Assembly: GCA_963820825.1 (NCBI GenBank)
Contig: CAWGBN010000002.1
Location: 192,001-256,000 of the forward strand
DNA from: Vulcanimicrobiota bacterium
GTDB lineage: Bacteria; Vulcanimicrobiota; Vulcanimicrobiia; Vulcanimicrobiales; Vulcanimicrobiaceae
DNA: 64,000 nucleotides
Reading direction: 5' to 3'
Position 1 is the stretch's first letter. Each line of letters begins with the position of its first letter. Positions 22,538 through 30,842 of the stretch are shown in pieces. Both the position numbers and the translations under genes were made by a program. The notes below the pieces were generated by a model that searched no databases, was not told the origin of the DNA, and was given only the letters and a program-made list of their open reading frames with translations.

Positions 22538-23815
22538 CTATTTTACCTTGACGTAGGTCTCGACGCTCATTCCGGGACGCAGCGGCATGTCGGAGCGCTG
22601 ATCGTCGACCTCGATGCGCACCGGAATGCGCTGGGTCACCTTGACGAAGTTTCCGCTGGCGTTCTGCGCCGGTACGAGCGCGTACGTATTCTCCGAGGCG
22701 GGATTGATCGACGCGACGTGTCCGTGGAACGTCACGCCCTTATAGGCATCGACGCGAATGTCGACGGGCTGGCCGACCCGCATCCGCCCCATCTGCGTCT
22801 CCTTATAGTTGGCGGTGATGTATACGCGGTGTGGGACGATCGTCAGCAGCGTAATTCCCGCGCCGATCGTCTGACCGACCTCGGCGCTCTTCTCGCCGAT
22901 ATAACCGTCGGTCGACGCGTGAATCCGCGTGTAATTGAGGCTCTGTTTGGCGAGATAGAGCTGCGCGCCGGCAGCCTCGACTTGGCTTGGGTCGGAGGCT
23001 TGCGCGAGCTTTCCTTGCGCGGTCGTCAGTGCGCCCGAGGCTTCGGCCACGCCGGCGCTCGCCGCGGAGACGCGTCCTTGCGCGGCCGCGACGGTCGCTT
23101 CGGCCAGATTGACTTGATCCTGTGCCCCACGGAGCTGCGCCGCCGCTCCCGCGGCTTGCGCGCGAACCGCATCGAGCTGCTGTGAGGCGACGTCGCCGGT
23201 GCTCACCAGCGAGCTGACGCGCCGGTAGTCGGCTTGCGCCTTGTTGTAGGCTTCCTGCGCCGCGGGAACTTGCGCTTGCGCCGCGTGGAGCTGCGCGTTC
23301 GCCTGCGCAACGGCGTCTTGGGCGACCGGCACCTGCGCCTGAACGTTCGCGACCGCGCCGCTGGCCTGCGAAACGCCGCCTTGACCCTGCTGCGTGGTCG
23401 CTCGTTGGTTGGCGACCGCGAGATCATACTGCGCCTGCGCCGCGCGCAGCTTGGCGAGCTCGTCCTTGTTGTCGAGAACGATCAAGAGCTGCCCGCGCGT
23501 AACGAGCTGGTTGGTATCGACGAGAATCTTGTCGATCCGCTCGGGGATCTTACTGGTGACCGCCACCTCGTCGGCAGCGACGTGGGCATCGTCGGTGCCC
23601 TCGTGCGAGAGCATAAAGTTCAGCCACGGCACGCCCCAGACCAGCGCGATCGCGAGCACGATCACGGCGCCCGCGATAAGAAAGACGCGCTTGCGCGGCC
23701 GTCCGGCCGGCTCGTCGGCATCGGGCCGGCGCCGTTCGCCGGCGGGAGCGACTCCCGCCCCGTTTCCCTTCGGATCCGTGGCGGTTTTCTGTTGATCGAC
23801 CTCTCGCGTATCCAT
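22538..23815 (-). CDS. HlyD/EmrA family periplasmic adaptor
   Basis: TDDAHV, coiled-coil hairpin, ANYKETQ and NASGNFVKVTQRIPVRI...LRPGMS. Confidence 0.95.
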   Translation of the reverse strand: MDTREVDQQKTATDPKGNGAGVAPAGERRRPDADEPAGRPRKRVFLIAGAVIVLAIALVWGVPWLNFMLSHEGTDDAHVAADEVAVTSKIPERIDKILVDTNQLVTRGQLLIVLDNKDELAKLRAAQAQYDLAVANQRATTQQGQGGVSQASGAVANVQAQVPVAQDAVAQANAQLHAAQAQVPAAQEAYNKAQADYRRVSSLVSTGDVASQQLDAVRAQAAGAAAQLRGAQDQVNLAEATVAAAQGRVSAASAGVAEASGALTTAQGKLAQASDPSQVEAAGAQLYLAKQSLNYTRIHASTDGYIGEKSAEVGQTIGAGITLLTIVPHRVYITANYKETQMGRMRVGQPVDIRVDAYKGVTFHGHVASINPASENTYALVPAQNASGNFVKVTQRIPVRIEVDDQRSDMPLRPGMSVETYVKVK

Positions 23816-24439
23816 TTACGAGTTCCTTACCCCATTGAGAAAAACGTCGATGTAGAATCGAAGCGCCTCGTCGGGCTCGCCCCGGTGAAGCACGGAATCG
23901 GGAAATTTCTTGCGGCCCAGCGCGTGCATGAAGACGAAACCCAAGAAGATCATGGCCAGCTTCTGCGGCTCCCCCCGCAGCTCGCCCGTTTCGATCCGGC
24001 GGCGCATGAACTCGGTGAGAACGGCGAGGATCGCGAGTTGCGGACGCCATGCCGTCTCGGCGAAAATATCGCTCTCGTACTCTTGCTCGACGAGCGACCA
24101 GCGTATGATGTCGCCGAGCGCGATAAACCGGGCAAACATCAGCCGCGCGATTGCGAGCAGATCCTCGGAGAGCTCACCGGTCAGCCCGGCGGCTACGCCG
24201 GCAAGCTCGAGATACCCGCAAAAATGCTGGGCGCAGGCGACCAAGAGCGACTCTTTCGTGCCGAAGTGGCGAAAGAGCGTCGCTTCGTTGACGCCGGCGA
24301 CTTCGGCGATCTCCCGCGTCGTCGCGCCTCGTTTACCCTTGCGGCCGATGACCTCGCGCGCCGCGACTAAAATCCGCTCGCGCGTCTCCTCGGGCGATGC
24401 CGAACGCCCGCCCTCGACGAGTCTCTTCGTCTCGATCAT
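23816..24439 (-). CDS. TetR/AcrR family transcriptional regulator
   Basis: ATTREIAEVAGVNEATLFRHFGTKESL helix-turn-helix. Confidence 0.95.
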   Translation of the reverse strand: MIETKRLVEGGRSASPEETRERILVAAREVIGRKGKRGATTREIAEVAGVNEATLFRHFGTKESLLVACAQHFCGYLELAGVAAGLTGELSEDLLAIARLMFARFIALGDIIRWSLVEQEYESDIFAETAWRPQLAILAVLTEFMRRRIETGELRGEPQKLAMIFLGFVFMHALGRKKFPDSVLHRGEPDEALRFYIDVFLNGVRNS

Positions 24440-25116
24440 GGCAAGGCGTTCCCGTTGGAGATCGAAACGTTCGTCTGGTAAGTGCCGTACGTGGCATCGG
24501 CCGCCGCGCGTACGTGCGGGATGCTAATCGTCGCGTGCTGTTGCGAAACGACGCGATAGGATCCCTCTTCGCGATACTGCTGGGTCATCGTGATCTTGCC
24601 GCCGCTGGTGTAATACCATTCCATTTGGAGCAGTGTGTAGTCGTAGGGATCGACGTAGACCAGCGTATGATCCAGGATGTCGCTGTGGATCTTCTTGGTC
24701 ATGCGCAAGACGAGGGCCGGACGATCTCCGAGCCACGCCGTTCCGTCGATGGTGATGTTCTGATCCTTCTGCCAGGCGCGAGGGTTGCCGATGTCGTTGA
24801 AGAGCCGCTGAAATCCTCGCGCGTAACTCGGCATCCGGTCGAAGACGACGACGTAAAAGTCGGGCCGTTGATAGTACGAGGTTCCGTCGAGCTTCGGGGC
24901 GAGAAAGGGAAAACTATACATGTGGACGTCGACGTGAACGCGCGCCTTGTACGATCGCAGCGTCGGGTTGTGCGCAGCCATGCGCTCCACCACCGTCCGC
25001 GCGTCGAGCGGTACCGGGACCCCATCGGCTGCCGTACCAATTCCGAGCGTCGCCGCGAGGACGGCGCTCGAGCTGAGGCAGAGGAGCAGCGAGCGAAAAG
25101 TGCCTGGAAGGTTCAT
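24436..25116 (-). CDS. Exported hypothetical protein (possibly LolA-like fold)
   Basis: Signal-peptide-like N-terminus and beta-rich pattern (LVYVDPYDYTLLQMEWYY); overlaps tetR start. The fold is inferred. Confidence 0.65.
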   Translation of the reverse strand: MNLPGTFRSLLLCLSSSAVLAATLGIGTAADGVPVPLDARTVVERMAAHNPTLRSYKARVHVDVHMYSFPFLAPKLDGTSYYQRPDFYVVVFDRMPSYARGFQRLFNDIGNPRAWQKDQNITIDGTAWLGDRPALVLRMTKKIHSDILDHTLVYVDPYDYTLLQMEWYYTSGGKITMTQQYREEGSYRVVSQQHATISIPHVRAAADATYGTYQTNVSISNGNALP

Positions 25117-25123
25117 GCGCTGG

Positions 25124-25185
25124 GTGCAAGTGGGTACTTGCACGCGCAGTCTAGCATGGCTCTCCTCTGAATGCAAGTGCTTGCA
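25124..25185 (-). promoter_or_regulatory. Sigma70-type promoter with two TGCAAG...CTTGCA palindromes (probable TetR operators)
   Basis: Minus strand TTGCAT (25176-25171), 17-nt spacer, TAGACT (25153-25148) with TG extension; palindromes gtgcaagt-gggt-acttgcac (25124-25143) and tgcaag-tg-cttgca (25172-25185). Confidence 0.7.
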
Positions 25186-25201
25186 CGCACCTGCCTGATT
25201 C

Positions 25202-25564
25202 CTACATTGAAGGGTCGGAGCTCTTTCGGTGCCGGTGCTGCTCCGCGCCGCCGCCCGCCGGACGGAAGCCTTGCTGCTTGGCCTGCGCGGGGCAGAGGTA
25301 CTCGCCGTGCTTGGTCTTGCCGTAGAGCGGGTCGCTCGGCTCGTGATAGACCTTGGTATTGAGGTTCACCCAGACCGCCTGAACCGCCCCGCAGTTCGGG
25401 ACCGGCCCTGCGCCGTTTTCGGCGCCCGGCGTCGCCGGCTCTGTCGAAGCGGCCGCAGTCGTCTCCGTGGCGGTTGCGCTCTTCGACTTAGCGCCGCCGC
25501 AGGCCGAGACGCCGAGGACCGCAATTGCGACCAGCCAGATCGAAGCGAGAGTGCGTTTCTTCAT
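25202..25564 (-). CDS. Small lipoprotein, hypothetical
   Basis: Lipobox VSAC; VWVNLNTKVYH...LYGKTKHGEYLC...GFRPA domain. Confidence 0.75.
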   Translation of the reverse strand: MKKRTLASIWLVAIAVLGVSACGGAKSKSATATETTAAASTEPATPGAENGAGPVPNCGAVQAVWVNLNTKVYHEPSDPLYGKTKHGEYLCPAQAKQQGFRPAGGGAEQHRHRKSSDPSM

Positions 25565-25595
25565 GGGCGGAGGTTCGCGACGGCGATGCCGCCGC

Positions 25596-25901
25596 CTACG
25601 GCCGGTTCTTAAAGGGACGCCCCGCCGGACGGTAGCCTTCGGCGTGCGCCTCCGACTGACAGAGATATCGCCCGTGCTTCGTCTTGCCGTAGAGCCGGTC
25701 GCCGGGAGCCAAATACACCTTCGGATTCTGCAAGGCCCAGACCGGAGATGCACCCCCGCAATTCATCGCGGCCGCTTCGGTCGCGGCTGCGGATGCCGCC
25801 GCCGAGGGCTGCGGCGAACCGGCCCCACTCGATTTTCCGCTCGCGCACGCAGTGAGTGCGGCGAGTGCGATTGCGGCCAGCGCGGCCGTCGACTTACTCA
25901 T
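25596..25901 (-). CDS. Small lipoprotein, paralogue of the downstream gene
   Basis: Lipobox LTAC; VWALQNPKVY...LYGKTKHGRYLC...GYRPA. Confidence 0.75.
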   Translation of the reverse strand: MSKSTAALAAIALAALTACASGKSSGAGSPQPSAAASAAATEAAAMNCGGASPVWALQNPKVYLAPGDRLYGKTKHGRYLCQSEAHAEGYRPAGRPFKNRP

Positions 25902-25992
25902 GCTCGCCCGATTTCACGCAACGGCAGACGGAAACCCGCTGCACCGTGGCCGCCGACGGTATTGGCCGCACTCCCCGAGAAGAGCACGCACG

Positions 25993-26622
25993 ATGAAGCA
26001 GTTGCGTCTCTCGGCGGTTTTCGCACCGGCTCTGGCGATCCTTACCCTCGCTGCGTGCGGTCATCACGCGGCGAACGTGACGACGCGCAGCGCGGGCACG
26101 GGCGCGGCGACGCAGGGAGGGAGTACGATCGTTGCCGCCGGCACGGTCTACTACGGAAAGCTCGCGGCGCCGATCGGCACGAAGACGAGCAAAGACGGAG
26201 ACGCCTTCGCGATCGACGAAACGCGCGCGAGCGACCCGTCGCTGCGCGGTGCGGCGATAGACGGGCACGTCGAGGGCGTAGCGCCGGCAGGGCCGATGCG
26301 CAATCCGAAGATGACGGTCGTCTTCGACGATATTCGAATGGCCGATGGTTCGAAGGCGCCGGTCGACGTGGAGCTGATCGATTTTCGCGCATTCTCACCG
26401 CGCGCGCACCATCTGCGAACGATCGGTCTGATGATCGCGGGCGCAATCGCCGGCCACGAGGTCGCTAAGCGAACCGGTAAACGCCACGGCGCGCTGCTCG
26501 GCGCGGCGAGCGGCTACGCGCTCTCACAAGGCCTGAAGACCGATATCGTGGTTCCCGCCGGTACCCTGCTCGAGCTGCGATTCAAATCGCCGGTGACGAC
26601 GAGCGCAGCCGCTTCGCAATAG
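25993..26622 (+). CDS. Hypothetical lipoprotein with glycine-zipper segment
   Basis: Lipobox LAAC; GLMIAGAIAGHEV...HGALLGAASGY; DIVVPAGTLLELRF. Confidence 0.7.
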   Translation: MKQLRLSAVFAPALAILTLAACGHHAANVTTRSAGTGAATQGGSTIVAAGTVYYGKLAAPIGTKTSKDGDAFAIDETRASDPSLRGAAIDGHVEGVAPAGPMRNPKMTVVFDDIRMADGSKAPVDVELIDFRAFSPRAHHLRTIGLMIAGAIAGHEVAKRTGKRHGALLGAASGYALSQGLKTDIVVPAGTLLELRFKSPVTTSAAASQ

Positions 26623-27889
26623 CGGCGGCCGTCTCGCGCGCGCGCCGCATCAGCTCCGACGGCTCGCCCACGTAGACGCGCTTTCCCGCAACGAAGGTTG
26701 CCTGCACCCACGCGTCCTCTCCCCGATAGATCAGTGCGTTGAGCGGCGGCGACCACGGGTCGATGCTCGACGCGTCGATCACCACATAGTCGGCCGGGGC
26801 TCCGGCGACGAGATCGCCGCCGGCGACGCGCAACGCGCGCGCGCCTTGCGCCGTCCCGAGCGCATAGGCTTGCGACGCCGGAAGCGCCGCGCCGTCAAGG
26901 TACTTGATCTTCTGCAGCAGGGCGGTCGCGCGCATCTCGGCAATCAGCGAGGGACGCACGTCCGCATCGGTTCCTAGGCCCATCGTAACGCCCGCTGACT
27001 GCAGACGCGAGACGTCGCAAATTCCATCACCCAGATACTGATTCGTCATCGGATTGTGGATGACGCGCGCGCCGCTGCCGGCGAGACGAGCGTAGTCGCC
27101 GTCGCCGAGATAGATCGCGTGAATCGCAACGCAGCGCCCGTTCAATGCGCCCAGCTCCTCGAGCATCGCGATGGGCGTCCGGCCGTAATCGCGCAGCGTC
27201 TGCTCGCCCTCGTACGCCGCCTCGGCGACGTGCACGTGGAGCATGCAATCGTACTCGCGCGCAAACTCCGCCGCGGCCCGGATCATCGCGTGCGAGGCGG
27301 CGTGGAGCGAGTGCGGCGCGACGCAGACGTTCGCCTCGGGGTAGCGCTGCATCAACTCCCGCGTTCGCTCGGCGGCGGTCTCCGCGTCTTCGCGAAACTC
27401 GACCGGCGCGTAATCGGCGTCCATCCACGTGCGGGCGAGAACGAGTCGAATGCCGGCGTCGCGGGCCGCGCGGATCGCCGCCTCGGCGGGCCCGTTGCCG
27501 GTGCCGTTGAGATAGAAGAACTCGGCAACGGTGGTGATCCCGGCCGCGAGCATCTCGGAGAATGCCAAGACGAAACTCCAGTAGACGTCGTCGGGACTCA
27601 GGCGGGGGACGATGCGATAGAGTGCGTCGCTGCGCCACTTGGTAAAGGGCCAATCGTCGGCCCAGCCGCGAAGCAGCACTTGATAGGCGTGGCTGTGGCC
27701 GTTGATAAAGCCCGGAACGACGAGCCGGTCGGCCGGAAAGGTCCGCGACGCGAGATTCTTCGCGCTCGCGCGGACGTCGGCAAAATCCCCCGCGGCCACG
27801 ATCGCACCGTCGCGCACGACGAAGGCGTAATCTTCGCGCAGTTCCCCCGAAACCAGCGCACGCGCCGCGCGAACGAGCTCGCCGCTCAA
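26582..27889 (-). CDS. Amidohydrolase, probable formimidoylglutamate deiminase (HutF-like)
   Basis: GHSHAYQ, EMLAAGITTVAEFFY, APHSL, HVHVAE and LGTD; translationally coupled to hutI. Confidence 0.75.
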   Translation of the reverse strand: MSGELVRAARALVSGELREDYAFVVRDGAIVAAGDFADVRASAKNLASRTFPADRLVVPGFINGHSHAYQVLLRGWADDWPFTKWRSDALYRIVPRLSPDDVYWSFVLAFSEMLAAGITTVAEFFYLNGTGNGPAEAAIRAARDAGIRLVLARTWMDADYAPVEFREDAETAAERTRELMQRYPEANVCVAPHSLHAASHAMIRAAAEFAREYDCMLHVHVAEAAYEGEQTLRDYGRTPIAMLEELGALNGRCVAIHAIYLGDGDYARLAGSGARVIHNPMTNQYLGDGICDVSRLQSAGVTMGLGTDADVRPSLIAEMRATALLQKIKYLDGAALPASQAYALGTAQGARALRVAGGDLVAGAPADYVVIDASSIDPWSPPLNALIYRGEDAWVQATFVAGKRVYVGEPSELMRRARETAAAIAKRLRSSSPAI

Positions 27890-29124
27890 AGCGAGACCAC
27901 CGCTCCGTCTTTGCAGACCGCGGCAGCGAGATTCCCGCCGAACTGCCAGCCGAACTCATCGGGCGATGCGAATCGCAGCGCGACGAAGTCGGCCCTGGCC
28001 CCGGCGCGAATGCGTCCGGCATCGGCTCGCAACGAGTGCGCCGCCGCGCGCGTCACCGCGTAGAGCGCTTCGGGTGCGGTGAGCCCAAAGAGCTTACGTC
28101 CGAAGAATGCGACCGTTTGCAGGTTGAAACAGGGTGACGTTCCGGGATTATAATCGCTCGCGAGTGCGACCATCGCGCCGGCCTCGAGCAACGCGCGGAC
28201 CGGCGCGCGCTGGGGCAGGTCGAGATACGCGATCGTCGCCGGGCACGCCACCGTCACGATGCCGCGCTCCGCGATCGCACCGACGTCGTACTTGCGGATG
28301 AAGTTGCAGTGATCGACGGCATCGACCTCGAGGTGTGCGGCCATCTCGGCCGCGCCGCCGTAGGCCATCTCGTCGCAATGCACCCGCAGCCGCATCCCGT
28401 GCAAGCGCGCCGCGTCGAGGTAGCGTCGCGTCTGGTCGGGCGAGAAGAATCCCGGCTCGCAGAAGGCATCGGCGTAGACCGCTCCATGCGATGCCGCCGC
28501 CGGAACGACCTGATCGATCAGGTAATCAACGAAGGCCTCTTCCTGTGTAAACTCGGGCGGAAGCGCGTGCGCGCCAAGAAAGGTCGCGATCAGATTCGGA
28601 ACGTCGGGATCGTTGCGGTGCTGTGCGATCAAATCGAGCAGCGCGGATTCGCCAGGTTTATGAAGCGCGTAACCGGTCTTGGTCTCGAGCGTCGTCGTCC
28701 CGTGGGCGAGGATCGTGCGCAGACGCGGCCGCACGATCTCGTCGTAGAACTTCTCCGGATCGAGCAGCGCGTCGCGAGTTCGCGCGATCGTATACTGCAT
28801 GCCGAGCGGCGGAGTCTCGCCGCGCAGACGCGCGGCGAAATCGGGTTCGCGATCGCCTGCGAAGAGCGGATGAGCGTGCGCGTCGACGAGACCGGGTACG
28901 ATCACGCAATCGCCCAAGTCGAGCTGATCTACTGCCCTTCGACTGCGCGCCTGCGGCGCACCGCTCAAGATGACATTCGAAGAACCGACGGCTGAGAATT
29001 TTCCGTCCTCGATGACCAGCGCCCCATCGTCGATGCGGCCGAGCGCATCGAAGTCGATACCGCATTGCGGAACGTCGGTATCGCAGGTGACGATCGTCCG
29101 AGCGCGGACGATCAAAGACGCCAA
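27886..29124 (-). CDS. hutI: Imidazolonepropionase
   Basis: [43 protein letters not shown] and [11 protein letters not shown]. Confidence 0.93.
   Translation of the reverse strand: MASLIVRARTIVTCDTDVPQCGIDFDALGRIDDGALVIEDGKFSAVGSSNVILSGAPQARSRRAVDQLDLGDCVIVPGLVDAHAHPLFAGDREPDFAARLRGETPPLGMQYTIARTRDALLDPEKFYDEIVRPRLRTILAHGTTTLETKTGYALHKPGESALLDLIAQHRNDPDVPNLIATFLGAHALPPEFTQEEAFVDYLIDQVVPAAASHGAVYADAFCEPGFFSPDQTRRYLDAARLHGMRLRVHCDEMAYGGAAEMAAHLEVDAVDHCNFIRKYDVGAIAERGIVTVACPATIAYLDLPQRAPVRALLEAGAMVALASDYNPGTSPCFNLQTVAFFGRKLFGLTAPEALYAVTRAAAHSLRADAGRIRAGARADFVALRFASPDEFGWQFGGNLAAAVCKDGAVVSL
28935..28975 (-). repeat. REP-like palindrome inserted in frame within hutI (copy 2)
   Basis: tgtcatcttgagcggtgcgccgcaggcgcgcagtcgaaggg, translated as [13 protein letters not shown]. 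Confidence 0.65.
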
Positions 29125-30770
29125 TCAATGCCCTTTGCGTCGGCCGTTTCGATCGCTTCGTCGTATCCCGCGTCGGCGTGGCGCACGACGCCCATACCCG
29201 AGTCGGTGGCGAGCACGCAGGCGAGGCGCTCTTGCGCATCCTCGCTGCCGTCGGCGACGACGACCATTCCGGCGTGCAGGCTATAGCCGATTCCGACGCC
29301 GCCGCCATGATGGAAGCTGACCCAGTGCGCCCCGGCCGCGGTGTTGAGCAGCGCGTTGAGGATCGGCCAGTCGGCGATCGCATCGCTGCCGTCGCGCATC
29401 GCCTCGGTCTCGCGATAGGGCGAAGCGACGCTGCCGGTATCGAGGTGATCGCGGCCGATAACGATCGGCGCTTTGACGGCACCGCTGCGCACGAGCTCGT
29501 TGAAAGCAAGGCCCGCTTTCGCCCGGTCGCCGTAACCGAGCCAGCAGATCCGCGCGGGCAAGCCTTGAAACGCAATGCGCTCGCGAGCGAGTCGAATCCA
29601 TCGCTCGAGCGAGGCGTTCTCGGGAAAGAGCTCCAGAAGTCTCCGATCGCAGCACTCGATGTCGCTCGGATCGCCGGAGAGTGCCGCGAACCGAAAAGGC
29701 CCAGAGCCGCGGCAGAAGAGCGGTCGAATGAAGGCCGGGACGAAGCCCGGGAAAGCGAAAGCGCGCCCGAACCCGGCACGCTGCGCCTGCGCGCGGATGT
29801 TGTTGCCGTAGTCGAAGACGACCGCGCCCGAGTCGAGATAGCGCACCATCGCCTCGACGTGCCGGCCGCAGCTCTCCAACGCACGGCGCTCGTATTCGTT
29901 CGGATCGCGCTCGCGCAAGACGGCCGCCTGCTCGAGCGAAAGCTCGGCCGGAACGTAACCGTTGAGCAGATCGTGGGCCGAGGTTTGATCGGTCACCGCG
30001 TCGGGACGTAGCCCCAGCTCGTAGAGCATGGGAAACTCTTCGGCTGCATTTCCTTCGTAGCCGATCGATACGGCCTCGCCCGCACGGCGGGCCGACTCGA
30101 CCTGCGCGAGCGCCTCTTCCCGCGACTCGACGACGCGGTCGAGGTAGCGCAGCTCGCGCCGGCGATCGAGACGCGCCCGGTCGACGTCGACGATCAGACA
30201 GATGCCGCCGTTCATAACGATGGCCAGCGGCTGTGCGCCGCCCATTCCGCCGACGCCGGCCGTCAGGGTGACGCGCCCTTCGAGCGATCCGCCGAAGTGC
30301 CGGCGCGCCAGCTCGGCAAAGGTCTCGTAGGTGCCCTGAACGATGCCTTGGGTTCCGATGTAGATCCACGATCCGGCCGTCATCTGGCCGTACATCGTCA
30401 GCCCTTGCGCCTCAAGCTCGCGAAAGATGCTCCAGTCGGCCCATTTCGGAACCAGGTTGGCGTTGGCGATCAGGACGCGCGGAGCGCGAGCGTGCGTCTT
30501 CCAGACGGCAACCGGCTTCCCGCTTTGAACGATCAGCGTCTCGTCGTTCTTCAGCCGGCGCAGGGTACGAACGATCGCGTCGAAGGCGCTCCACGACCGC
30601 GCCGCGCGGCCGTTGCCGCCGTAGACGACGAGATCGTCGGGCCGCTCGGCAACCTCGGGATCGAGGTTGTTCATCAGCATCCGTAACGCGGCTTCTTGCG
30701 GCCAACCCGCGCAGGATATTTGCGTGCCGCGCGGCGCCCGAACGGCGCGCGGGCCTGCCGTAACGCTCAT
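29112..30770 (-). CDS. hutU: Urocanate hydratase
   Basis: [42 protein letters not shown] and HHGGGVG. Confidence 0.97.
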   Translation of the reverse strand: MSVTAGPRAVRAPRGTQISCAGWPQEAALRMLMNNLDPEVAERPDDLVVYGGNGRAARSWSAFDAIVRTLRRLKNDETLIVQSGKPVAVWKTHARAPRVLIANANLVPKWADWSIFRELEAQGLTMYGQMTAGSWIYIGTQGIVQGTYETFAELARRHFGGSLEGRVTLTAGVGGMGGAQPLAIVMNGGICLIVDVDRARLDRRRELRYLDRVVESREEALAQVESARRAGEAVSIGYEGNAAEEFPMLYELGLRPDAVTDQTSAHDLLNGYVPAELSLEQAAVLRERDPNEYERRALESCGRHVEAMVRYLDSGAVVFDYGNNIRAQAQRAGFGRAFAFPGFVPAFIRPLFCRGSGPFRFAALSGDPSDIECCDRRLLELFPENASLERWIRLARERIAFQGLPARICWLGYGDRAKAGLAFNELVRSGAVKAPIVIGRDHLDTGSVASPYRETEAMRDGSDAIADWPILNALLNTAAGAHWVSFHHGGGVGIGYSLHAGMVVVADGSEDAQERLACVLATDSGMGVVRHADAGYDEAIETADAKGIDWRL

Positions 30771-30784
30771 GCGTCGCCTTTCTT

Positions 30785-30814
30785 CCTTCGAGACAGTTTA
30801 TCCTGAGGATGACA
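30785..30814 (-). repeat. Degenerate REP-like element (copy 3)
   Basis: tgtcatcctcaggataaactgtctcgaagg, sharing the TGTCATC...TCGAAGG ends of copy 2. Confidence 0.5.
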
Positions 30815-30842
30815 AAACCGTTAACCACGAGAACGTCGGCTG

